Origin: Isurus oxyrinchus
Taxonomy: Eukaryota
Direction of reading: 5' to 3'
DNA: 64,000 bases
Assembly: GCA_026770705.1 (NCBI GenBank)
Contig: JANJGN010000037.1
Span: 496,001 to 560,000 of the forward strand
The notes under the pieces were generated by a model. It saw nothing but the letters and a program-made list of their open reading frames with translations, made no database searches and was not told where the DNA came from. Shown here piece after piece: positions 35,778-47,099 of this stretch (its first letter is position 1; each line of letters opens with the position of its first letter). The translations under genes were made by a program, and so were the position numbers.

Positions 35778-35860
35778 TGTCAGGAGTGGGATTCGAACCC
35801 ACGCCTCCAGAGGAGACTGCGACCTGAACGCAGCGCCTTAGACCGCTCGGCCATCCTGAC
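35778..35860 (-). tRNA. tRNA-Leu(CAG), intact
   Basis: GTCAGGATGGCCGAGCGGTCTAAGGCGCTGCGTTCAGGTCGCAGTCTCCTCTGGAGGCGTGGGTTCGAATCCCACTCCTGACA matches the vertebrate Leu-CAG consensus. Confidence 0.97.
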
Positions 35861-36839
35861 TCCGTTACTACTGCCTGCATAAATCGTTTTGAATTCCACA
35901 TTCATCGTCACTGCTTTCAAAAACTCGATGTGATTTTCCTTTTTGCAGCACCTGTCAGGTTCCTGTATCTGAGTCCCATCCTTCCCCAAGCCGCCGGGGG
36001 GTGAGGAGCTTCTCATTGCTGCATTGTTCTGTTTGCTCAAATCAACAAAGACCCAATTCCCGCCCGACCTGCTCCTCACACGAAGGTGATGAGAGTGTAA
36101 GATCTGAGCGAAGTGAAGTATCCAATTGGAGATTTACATCCTGCCGACAGGAATATCTCTCCACAGCTGCATTCGGACCTGTTGAATATTTCCAGCATTT
36201 CCTGTTTCTGATTTTGTGCCTTCATTACAGGAGATCTTTTTACTGACAATCCAAAGCTTGTCTCAGTGCAGCTCCAGGCACCGCTTTCCTGTGACCTTTA
36301 AAGTCGCTGTTTTCACACTCATCGCTCTGCGCCATGGCTTTCAACCCCCACCACCACCACCACACCTCCACCACCCCCACCCCCGCAACTCCCTCTCTGT
36401 CCCCGGTCCCCGCGCCCCACTACCGTCCCCTCTCCCGCCTGCTCAGCTCTCAGGTCGTCTTAGCGTTGTTTTTTTATCGGAATTCGGAAGGGCCCAGAGT
36501 CTGTGAGGGAATATAAGGGGTTAATCCACATTCACATACAGGGAACTGTGACTCTCTTAAGATGGACGGAAGTTGGTGTCCCTTCCAGATCCACTAAGAG
36601 GTCGAGTTACTGGAGCTGTGGGAATTTCTGCCATTTCTATCCCACAGTGAGTCGCGCCTCCCCGTTGGTCCGGCTGGGATGGTGATGGCTAAAGTGAGTG
36701 TCCGAGAAAGCGGGTCGTCCCCATGTCCCTCTTGGGCTTGTTTCCCCTCATCCAGCTGTAAGGGGGCGGGGGGTTGAGTTTGTGGGCTGGGGGCGGTATC
36801 TTGCTGGTTTGAGCACATTTCCCTGTCTCTCACTGTGTG

Positions 36840-38375
36840 TCCTGATCGTCTCTACTGCTTTTCTGTGTGTCTTTCTCTGCCTGTTGCATTCGGAGTGGTG
36901 TGAAGTACAATTGCGCAGCCAGGGTGAGCTTCCCAACACGTGTGCTCTTGATTAAAAATAAGTAACAAGTGAATATTTGCTTGGCTACGGTAAAGTATTC
37001 AGCGGCAGGAAGGAATTACGGCTCCGTCGCAGGGTGGTGCAGCGAAGCCCACAGCACAGAGGCCGATGAATCCAAACCAACTTCTGCTATTTTTGTTCTT
37101 ATTCAACCAAAAATAACCAGCGGTCTTCGGCCGAAAAACATACCTGGCTTTTTCTGTACAGTGAATTTGTATCAGCTTCTTACTCCCAGTAAACACTTCA
37201 ATCTGCAACCAACCTCTCAAATCGTTTTTATTCACACACCAGACAGAAGTAGTAAATGCTACAAAAATACACCAGCCCAGTATTTCCTCTTTCTCTCAGC
37301 CCATTTCAGGCCTTGTTCCGAATGGCCTTTCCTTGTTCTCCATCACCCCAAGATGATCTGAATAGAAAAAAATAACAAAACAAATCTCTTAGGCGGAAAC
37401 ATTGTTGAGGAGATTATAAATATTAGCTGCAATATGTCCGATCTACAGGACCCCCTGCATTAATTCCTATACGTATTTGGACAGCAGCGTCCTCCCTGAT
37501 ACATGTACCATCGAGAAGGACAAGCGTATCAGCATAACGGGAAGCATATCACGTCAATGACACCGTTAATCATTATTTGGACACCTATGTTCATTCATTC
37601 TTTCTCACTTAGTAAATATATAGAGCTCCATCCCCAATATCACCATGAACTGGTAAGGTTTCGTTCCTTCAGGTTTGCATTAGAGACACATTATACAAAA
37701 CACTCTGTGAGTGTCTCTGGTTAATGAACTGATGATGCGCGGAACTCTCAGCTTTTATTCATTGATCTTCTCAACAGTTTATCCAGTTTTGATGGTGACT
37801 TGTTCTCTGGTGTCGATTTACTCGAATTCCTCACCTGATTTCACTGCTGTCCAATGGAGCTCACTCAGCAGAATTTTCAATAATAACTTGTCTTTTCCTA
37901 ACAGGAATTCAGTCATCATGTTTTAGAACAATTTTTCAAAGGATTTGCACACAGTCAGCTTCCAGGCACAGCAATGTGATGAAGACAATATGATCTGTGT
38001 TGAATGTCTCCGACATCATGGAATAACCCCCCCGCCTCTCTCCAAAATGGTGCATTGGTATATTTTACGTGAGAAGGCAGATGGCAGCTCAGTTCAACAT
38101 ATCATCTAAAAGCTGGCACCAGTAACAGCAAAGAATCCACTAGAGCATGAGCCTGAATTTGTGGTCAGGATCCGGGAATGAGAACCTCCTCATTGTAAAA
38201 CGCAAGGGAGCAGCTGACTGAAAAAGACAGAAGAGATTGCACTCTGTAAGGAGAAGCAGAAGTAGATTGTTAATTGAAGAGGTGTCACAGACAATGAGAG
38301 TTAGACACCCACAGTTGAAAGAGACGGATGTTTTAATCATGGCAGGGATAGAGAGTGCAGCAGGAATTTCGATTC
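36840..38375 (+). repeat. Second copy of duplication unit C
   Basis: Collinear with 26340-27925. Confidence 0.9.
37028..37089 (+). pseudogene. Initiator tRNA-Met pseudogene with deletion in the anticodon arm
   Basis: CGCAGGGTGGTGCAGCGAAGC...CAGAGGCCGATGAATCCAAACCAACTTCTGCTA followed by T5; same position in the module as 26538. Confidence 0.7.
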
Positions 38376-39406
38376 CCTGTGTAGATAACAGAAAATGTTA
38401 ACTTTGAGTCAAATATTGGACCTGATAAGGGGTCAGAGACTGACTGACCTTAATGATAACAACTGTATCAGTCGGAGTCACACAGGGAGAGAGTGATCAT
38501 TTCTGATTCCCACTTGTCTCCCAGGAATGAAGCAGACAGCATTACAACATTGAGAATCTCAGAGTAAGGAAAAAAGGAAACTCTTCAACCAAGTCTCCCT
38601 TGGAAAAAAGGCAACATTTGCAGCGGTGTGTGAGTATTTTGGGTGCCTATATTATCTCCACTGCCTGGAAGATGTTATACTTCATTATCACATTTCACGT
38701 GAATTAGTAAAGATAGGACCAGGACTTCTTCAGCTTGAAATTCTAGAAGAGGCAAATATGTTTCACAAATTGTGTAATGTCCCACAGAGGGGTAATAAGG
38801 ATACATGACTGTTTCACTCATAAACCACAATTTAAACCAAAACCCCATTTTCCCTATCAGATGGATGTGAACAATCCAACCAGACTATTTACAACAGAAG
38901 CGGATTCTTACCCAGAGTCTTGGGATCAATATTAACCTCTCAAACAGGGTCTCTGAACCAGATTATATAATCATTGATCAGGTTGCTGCGGTGAGATGTT
39001 GCTGTGCACGTTCAAGCAGCAATCTCACTTACCAAGACACACCTCTGCTCCCGCACCATTGGACGTGAAGTTTTAGGTCTTCCTGAGGTTGCAAAATGTG
39101 GTGGAAAAATTCAAGTTCCTCCCTTCCTTCCACCCGCTGCCTCTCTTCCTCCAGCTCTGCCCTTCTCTAACTCCCCACCCCCCTCCCCTCTCCCTCGCTG
39201 TCTCCCTCCCTCTCTCCCTCCCCGACTCTCCTCCCCTTCCCTGCAACACCCCATCGCACCCCGCCCTGCCCGCAGCCCCTCTCTCTTTCAAATCTTACTT
39301 CCTATCTCTGGGGCCTGTTTTATCCCCAGGCTACCCACTAACCCCGGCCTCTGGGACTCTCAGGCCGGCCCGAGCTCCTTAACTGGCTCCATTCACAGGA
39401 AAAGTG

Positions 39407-39432
39407 ACTTCAGTTCCCACAATAACATCTGC
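39407..39432 (+). promoter_or_regulatory. ZNF143/Staf-binding-site-like motif
   Basis: ACTTCAGTTCCCACAATAACATCTGC, next to a pyrimidine/GC-rich tract. Confidence 0.35.
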
Positions 39433-41944
39433 ACTCCCTGTACCCCTCTACCCACAAAACTGAAATTCAGGTCAATGCTAACATGAAGACTGTGGGCTGC
39501 GGTTTCCACTCCTGCTGTTTGAAACAATTCGCTATATGTGTGTACAGTGAGCAGAAAGAAATTGCTGTACTTTGTAAATATTTCTTATTGAACTTACTGT
39601 TATTCTGCTTTAACAGGACTAGTTTGAATCTCATGATATATTGGCAAAACGATAAATGAATTGCATTTGAAATTTAACCATATCAGAAATTGCTCTAATA
39701 TTCAGTTGGTCTGAACTCCATTGGACTGATGAAAGATCAACTCCTGTGTCCAATCAGTAAGATATGCAGCCACCAAGAAAGAGGTTTAACGGAGAGGGGA
39801 AAGCCCTGTTGATTGGATTTGGTTATTGTTAACAAAATCATCATCGGACTGATTTTTCAGGATTAATATTCTCCAAAACTGATGGAAGAATTTGCAGCTA
39901 GGGAAATATAGAGAATGCAGGGGTGACAGGATTCTCTGTGTATCAGCAGCAGCTACCGGTAACTGACTGGTGGATGGGGTTCTAGTATTCAACAGGAAAT
40001 CGTTAATCGTGAGAGGAAAATGTTCTCAATAAAGGAATGAACCTCATTTCAGTTCTCTCCAGGTTTCGCTTTTCGTTATGAAGATGGGAGGAGAAATTAA
40101 CTTTGACTGTTAAGGAAAAATAGAGAGGGTGATGATTTGTTTGGTCCAGGATTAGGAAGATGTGAATATAGAAATGGACAGAGACTGTTCTCCACTCAAT
40201 CATGATCAGCTCATGACTGGTCTGTATTTGAACTTCATCCATCCACCGTGTTTTTATAATCCTTAAAAGAACAATCAAAACAAACAATCAAAAACTATCA
40301 AATGCAGTTCCGAAATGCTCGAATTGGCCTTCAGGTTCAAAACTACTTTGCGGGAGAGGGTTGCAGATTTGCACGGTCCTTTGTGTGAAGGAACCTTCCT
40401 GTTTTATCCCTTGATCGGTTTAGCTCAAATTTTAAGTAAGGCCCTCTTGCCTTGTTGAAATGGAGATCGTAAACTCAGCCCCAATTTCTCGCTCTCTCTC
40501 CTCACCATTCCAGCTGAATTTTTCTGCTCTCTGTAACTCTCGTTGGCCCTTGAGCTCCCTCCAGGAGCTGCTTGGTTCCAGAAATTAAATCACAACTCCG
40601 TTCCTTCATTTAAACCAATGACTGCTTCTTTAAGGAAGTTCTTCATCCCGATTTATTGAGTGATTTGTTGGAACATACGAACAAAGAGCAGGGGTTGGTC
40701 AAGAGGTTTTCCGAAGCTGCAGGGATAGGATCAGACTGCGAAACAATGCTTCATGATCCAGAATATAGCAGGACGAGACCGCGACAGATTGAGACTGATT
40801 AGACAGTGAGAAACAGTTTCTATTGGTGCAAGGCACCAGTTTTAAATGAACCAATGTGGACATGAGGATTCATCTTCCCTGAGTGGTGAGGATCTGAAAT
40901 TCACTGTCTGAGATATGTGCTAGAGGCAAAATAAAATCGGGGCTTTCATAGTGGAACTGGACAGCCACCTGAAGATAAAAGTTTACATGGCTATGGAGAC
41001 AGGGCTGGGGACTGGGATAGCTGAGTTTCTTTCGGAGAGACAGAGGACCGAATAGTCCCCTTCTCTGTTGTAGCTATTCTTTGTGTATGTGTGTGAGGTT
41101 CATTCAGTACCACTTTGTCTCTGGAACAGGTTTTGAGTGTGGAATTCAATGTTCATCTGTCGGTATCTGTGGATTAATTCTTTATTGCTTTGCCCCTGGG
41201 ACAGGATTTGTTTTCAGGATTAATCGTGCATCTGTCAGTTTCTGAGGATGTGCATGTGTGTATGATTCATTCTGTGTCATTCAGTCCACTGAATACTGTA
41301 AGAGTTTGCGATTCAATATGTATCAGTCAGTCACTGATGCCACGCCTGAGTTAATGAGTCATCCTGGGTCTCTCTGTCTTTTACTCAGAGTTTGGGTATG
41401 TATGTCAATCCCTGAGACACTTTGCAAATCTGGATTCATTCAACCCAGAATATACCTCACTGAAAGTGGGCCATTTGTTCTAACAGGTAAACTGCCTGAC
41501 AAGATCCTCCACCTGGAATACTTCATGTAACATTCTCTGTTTATCCCTGAAATTCATTCTCCCTCCTATACTTATCTAGCATTCCCTTAAATGCAGTTTA
41601 CTAATCGTCTCAGTAGCTCCAGGCAACAGTTGGCCTGTAACTGCTGCCGATTCAGTAGGAATAAATTAATTAATCGTGTTTCCTAAATTGTATTTCATAT
41701 TTGTATTTCTATGTCTGCCCCATCACATCACATCACAAATTCCTCACATTGACTTGTTTCCGCAACACCGACAATGTGAATTTTTACCGCTCCGTTGCGG
41801 CCAGTAGATGGCAGCACATTCTGATATAGTAGTTGACAGATCAGAGACAACAAAGGATACTTGTTCATATTATTCGGGAAGGGACAGTTGTAGAAATACT
41901 ATGGATGGAGATGACCTCTTCTTATATGTATTATGTAACAAGCA

Positions 41945-42785
41945 GTGGTTACCGTCTGTCCCTCGATACGAGGATGACATCCACTCAGGGCCGTGAGTTT
42001 CTGCCATGGGCCTTCATGAGAGTGAACAGGCCGATTTTCAGCCCACAGACCTTTGGACACGTGGGGACAGGGTGTCCCGCGAGGTAGTGAGATCCAAAGT
42101 GCAGGATTTGCTTCCTGTTACTTCTTCTTAGCCGCCGTTCTGCCTCATCATTAAGACCCTGGGGACTCACAGCGTGCTGCAGCTTGGGGGACACGTTTTG
42201 GTCATTTTGAATGGTGAGAAGCAAGCTCCTCACAGTCATTAATATGAATGCTGCAGCGTTTGAATTAACGTTTCAGAGTGTCTTTGGAGCATTTTCTAAA
42301 TCCTCCCCTGGAATGTTTTCCATTTGAGAGTTGAGGAAACAGGACTTGGCGGATGCGACGCTTTTCGATTATCAGGACACAGTGTGCACTCCATCCAAGT
42401 TAATTTTTCAGAAACAAAAACAAAAATACTTGGAAAAGATTAGCAGGTCTGACAGCATCTGCGGAGAGGGATACAGTTAACATTTCGAGTCCGAATGACT
42501 CTTCATCAGTTGATCAGTCATATGGACTCGAAACGTTAACTGTATGCCTCTCCGCAGATGCTGTCAGACGTGCTGAGTTATTCCAGGTATTTTTGTTTTT
42601 GTTCTACATTTCCAGCATCCACAGTATTTTGCTTTTATCTTAAGTTTTCAGGAGTTTGGCCTGAATGCTGATGGAGTTGCCTTCAAGAACGACACCACAG
42701 TTTGTTCGGCAGTGCTCCCACGGAACCTGGAGGGTGCAGCGGAGACATTGCGGATGGAATTTATCTACCGCTCTTATGAATCCCC
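41945..42785 (-). mobile_element. RTE-clade LINE 3' fragment, interrupted at 42412-42639
   Basis: Minus translation LGWSAHCV..RRIRQVLFPQLSNGKHSRGGFRKCSKDTLK resembles the RTE C-terminus (LRWAGHV..GKRSRGG.RKR.KDTLK). Confidence 0.75.
42412..42639. mobile_element. Fold-back insertion of two inverted Penelope tails, 12-bp candidate TSD
   Basis: Arms 42412-42509 and 42517-42604 are reverse complements. Flanks TTAATTTTTCAG (42400-42411) and TTAAGTTTTCAG (42640-42651). Confidence 0.8.
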
Positions 42786-43009
42786 GATGCAAAGTAGTTA
42801 TAACGATGCATTCGACCCGTCAGCCTATGTCTTGTTTGTGAGAGCGAGACACATACTCATCTATACTTCTCTGCTCCATTTTCCCTGAATTCAGCCTCCC
42901 AGAATCTTTCATAATTTTAAAGACCTGTATGAGACCAATCCCCAGCCTTCATTCTTCAAGGGAAAAGGTAGACATCCTGAGAATCATGTCGTTTATCACT
43001 TGTTTATTT

Positions 43010-43335
43010 TTTCATAGTGTATAGGCGTCTTTTGTAAGACCAGCATTTGTTGATCATCTCACATTATCCTTGAAGTTACGAGTGAAGCAAATTACTGTGG
43101 GTCTGGAGTCACATGTAGGGCAGGCAAGGGAAGGGCGGATGATTTCTTTCCATAAAGGTTTTCCGTGAACCGGGTGGGTTTATACTACAATCGACTATAG
43201 TTTCATAGCTGCCATTACTGAGCCGAGATCTTCATTCAAAATTTAGGAATATTTTAATTTAAATCTGCTCTGTTGGGATTTAAACCCGTGCCCGCAGAGA
43301 TTAGCCTGGCACCTCTGTATTGTTAGTGCAGTGAC
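43010..43335 (-). mobile_element. tRNA-headed SINE remnant sharing the family-B LINE tail
   Basis: gtgggtctggagtcacatgtagg core, gggatttaaacccgtg..attagcctgg head, ccagcatttgttg tail. Confidence 0.55.
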
Positions 43336-43602
43336 AGCAGATTCAGCTAATGATCGAGACGCTTCATGAGAAGATTGGAATTCTCCCAAAGCATTTTATT
43401 AAACCGATTGATGAACAGCTTTTGTTCCAATTGAACACATCAATCATTTAACGAACCTGATCAGATAAACAAAACAAGTTAGAAATTGAGAAGAGCAGAC
43501 ATTTTGAGAAAGAGCCCTGCCATGTTAGGAAGGAAACGCAGAACCTTCAGCTGACGAGTGAGACCGCGGTTTTCAGGAAGTTAAACGGATTTCTATATAA
43601 TA

Positions 43603-43692
43603 CAATCACGACAGGACTCGAAAGTGCAATCTTCTGATAACCTCTTCAAATACCACCGAAATTAGACGCCTTATCCATTAGGTCACACGGTC
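43603..43692 (-). pseudogene. tRNA-Arg(TCG) with 17-nt intron (43639-43655), probable pseudogene
   Basis: GACCGTGTGACCTAATGGATAAGGCGTCTAATTTCGG[TGGTATTTGAAGAGGTT]ATCAGAAGATTGCACTTTCGAGTCCTGTCGTGATTG. Arg-TCG body with broken T, anticodon and acceptor stems. Confidence 0.82.
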
Positions 43693-44367
43693 CGATACGA
43701 TGCTGGAACAGATGCTAGTGTCATGTAAATAAATATCGTGGTTGTATATTTTTTCAGCCCGATTTTTGGATGATCCGCTGAATCCCAGATCCATGGCCTC
43801 AGGGTCTGAGTTCGCCTCTGTGTCTTTCGTTGGAAAATAAGAATTGGGAGATCGGGAACGCGGTTCCTATTGTCCGCACCCTCTCCTCATCATTCTCTTG
43901 CAGTGTTTTGAATCTCTCTCACTCTCTGCCTCGTGGCCTCCCCTCAACCGCTGCTAAATTCCAGAAAATAAACCACAGAACAGCCCCTTCATATAAACCA
44001 AGAACAAAGGAAGCCGTTCTTCCCGAATTAATGAGCAATTTGATCGCAGGTTCCGACATGTTAAGGCGTTAGTGTCAGAGAGAGAAACTTCTACGATGGT
44101 GCGAATTTCGGAATTGGGGGAGGGGGAGGGGTGTGGGGGCGTTGGGGCTCAGTCAAAAAACAAGGCGCTTCCGGAGTGAAATTAGGAAACATCTCTCTCA
44201 GCAAAGAGGACTGAAATTTCAGAGATCCCATCGGGAAACAGCACTTTAATTTTAAATCTCAGTTTTAAAGACTTGTATTCGTCAAATATATGATGGGTAA
44301 GCGAGAAAATGTGTATTTATCTGTCCCGGAACTTTCATACGTGAGACATATTGAAGACATTGAGTGA

Positions 44368-44437
44368 TGCATTCACTGTAATCGAACCCAGGTTTCTTTG
44401 ATGAAAAATAGGAATTCTACCCCTGAATCACCAATCC
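44368..44437 (-). pseudogene. tRNA-Gly-derived pseudogene
   Basis: GGATTGGTGATTCAGGGGTAGAATT...CCTGGGTTCGATTACAGTGAATGCA versus Gly GCATTGGTGGTTCAGTGGTAGAATT...CCCGGGTTCGATTCCCGGCCAATGCA; anticodon arm decayed. Confidence 0.7.
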
Positions 44438-44954
44438 GCCCATCATGCTGAAATCAATGTATTTCCCTAACTACAAGATCACTGCACTAAAACAGAAAGC
44501 AAACTGAAAGTAACCTGAAGGAAATAAAATAATTTAGGAACTGTGATGCTGTTACAGAATAGGCAACTTCGGGTATCTATTCCGAGTTTCTCACGCCCTA
44601 TTGACGCATTGTGCTCCTGATCCAGCAATGCACAGGGTTGGACCGATTTCATAAATTTTAAACTATTTCCTAATCTGATTATCAAAGTATCACTTCCCTT
44701 ATCATTGATCTACAGTCCCGCATTGTTCAAATCCCACGTCTGGAATTCGGTATTTTTAATCACTCCACAGACAGAACTGTCAAGAGAGTTTAGAGAAAGT
44801 AAATAAAGATGAATTGTTCCTACTGGCTCAAGGGTCAGTGACCAACCAGGGCAGATTTTAATTCATTTGAAAAGGAACCAAAGACAACGTGTGGAAAAGA
44901 TTTTCTCGTAATAAATTGTGAGCATTTGGATGGACTGCATAATCGGCAGGCAAA

Positions 44955-45250
44955 CCCATGATTGCTATCATCTGGAAATGTAAAGGCAGCAGACACATGG
45001 GAACACCAACACGTGGAAGTTCCCCTCCAAGCCGCACGTCATCCTGAATTGGAAATAGATAGCCATTCCTTCACTGTCACTGGTTCAAAATACTGGAACG
45101 CCCACTCTAACAGCACAGAGGGTGTACCTACACCACAGGGGCTGCAGCGGTTCAGGATGGCAGCTCACCGCCAGTTTCTGAAGGGCAATTGTGGATGGGT
45201 AATAAACGCTGGCCTAGCCAGCGATGCCTAAATCCCATAAATAAATAAAT
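44955..45250 (+). mobile_element. LINE family B 3' fragment
   Basis: Homologous to 31735-32030. Confidence 0.75.
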
Positions 45251-46247
45251 CAGCACCCACAATATTTTTGTTGTTGTTGTTGTTATTTCTGTGTAAGTGT
45301 TTACCTGGATAAGGAAACAGGTTCTGATCAGCCCTTTGACAGACAGCCGGTATTGCGTCTATTAAGCCTGCGAGATCAGACTCCAATGTGTGCAGGGAAT
45401 GAGGTAGAGTGAGAAGGAGGGAACATCCTGAGTTGGATTGATTTTTTTCTAAAATAAAACAAAGGTTTGTTTCTCTTCAACTGTTTTGACAACCACAAGA
45501 TTTCAGAACGACACGTGACAACCACTGGGGAACTTCTCAAGTGTGTTCGGCATTTTAATGTAGGAAATTGCTGAAATTTCCAACCGTTTGTTTCACATTG
45601 TCAGGCTGCATGTTGCTTCAGACAGGTTTCCATCTGGACACATGGAGTGAGCGGATTTGTGAACGTCAGTGGTTCGGAGGGAGATTCCTCACTGGCCAGA
45701 CTGGACTTCTGGTTCCGTTGCTTAGCATCATCTTTTCGTTTTCTGAATCCAGTTCTGGTCTCTGACTCATTCATATTTTTAATCGTGAAACTGGGTTTAT
45801 CTTGGCGTTACAGATCTAAGATAATTGGTAAAAGAATAGCAAATGCTGTCTTTCTGTCTCCCCTTACACAAGTTTACAATTCATAGTGCTGAAGACCAAT
45901 AAGTAGCCAAGCAAAATGTGAGCAGAATGTAAAGTGTCTGTTAAGGAATAAAGATAGGTTGAGATGGTGGACAGAAGTTTGGTAGATACAATAATGTTGG
46001 GATATGTGAGGATCACCAATTTGGTGGGGTAGATAAAAAATACTAATAATCTTTAAATGAAGGGAAATGGCAGAATTCTATGCTCCCGTGAGACTTGGGT
46101 GTCCTTGTACATGTATCACAAAACAAAGCTAGGTTGCAGGTACAGCAGGCTGTTAGGAAGGCTAATGAGGTGTTGGCCTTAATTGCAAGGGAAATGGAGT
46201 ATAAACTCGGACATTCTTGTGATAACTGAAGAGGGCGTTGATGGTAC

Positions 46248-46769
46248 AGAACTTAAGAGTATTGAGTCTGGAAGGCTGTAAAGTGCCTAGTTGGAAGATG
46301 AGGTGTTGTCCTCTAATTCGTGTTGGGCTTCACTGGAACAATGTAGCAAGCCAAGGACAGACATGTGGGCAAGAGAGCAGGGTGGAGTGTTAAAATGGCA
46401 AGCGACAGGGAGGTTTGGGTCACACTTGTGGACAGACCGCAGGTGTTCTGCAAAGCGGTCACCAGTTTACATTTGGTCTCTCCAATGTAGAGGAGACCGC
46501 ATTGGGAGCAACGAATGCAGTAGACTAAGTTGGGGGAAATGCAGGTGAAATGCTGCTTCACTTGAAAGGAGTGTTTGGACCCTTGGACAGTGAGAAGAGA
46601 GGAAGTGAAGGGGCAGGTGTTGCATCTTTTGCATGGGCATGGGGAGGTGCCATAGGTGGGGGTTGAGGAGTAGGGGGTGATGGAGGAGTCGACCAGGGTG
46701 TCACCTCCCCATGCCCACAGAAAAGATGCAACAGCTGCCCCTTCACTTCCTCTCTGCTCACCATCCAAG
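46248..46769 (-). mobile_element. Penelope-like GIY-YIG fragment with terminal inversion (46702-46769)
   Basis: Highly similar to 3590-4020; minus translation CKRCNTC..NLVYCIRCSQCGLLYIGETK. Confidence 0.9.
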
Positions 46770-47099
46770 TAACTACATCAGTTAGGTTCAGATGGATGTG
46801 GCATTATGAGCTGTTAAATAATTCCGTTAAATGATGGCCAATTGCCATAGGAAGGTGGGATTAGAAAGGGCACCTGGGTGTCCTCGGGCTGGCATGGACA
46901 AGATGGGCCGAATGGCCTCCTTCTGTGCTGTAATTTTTCTACAGTTCTATTTATATGAATGTTTTGTTCCAGGAAACTGCCACTTAGTCACATCCTGCCC
47001 CAGGATATTGCAACACTTACTGCCCTGAGAAACTCATTTAGACATTTGCTGCTCACCAATTGATCATAGCCTTCACTAACATCCCTGATTCTTTATGGG

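Noticed and set aside
39004-39486. 160-aa proline-rich ORF
   Set aside because: Arises from a low-complexity pyrimidine tract; non-ATG start and no recognisable domain.
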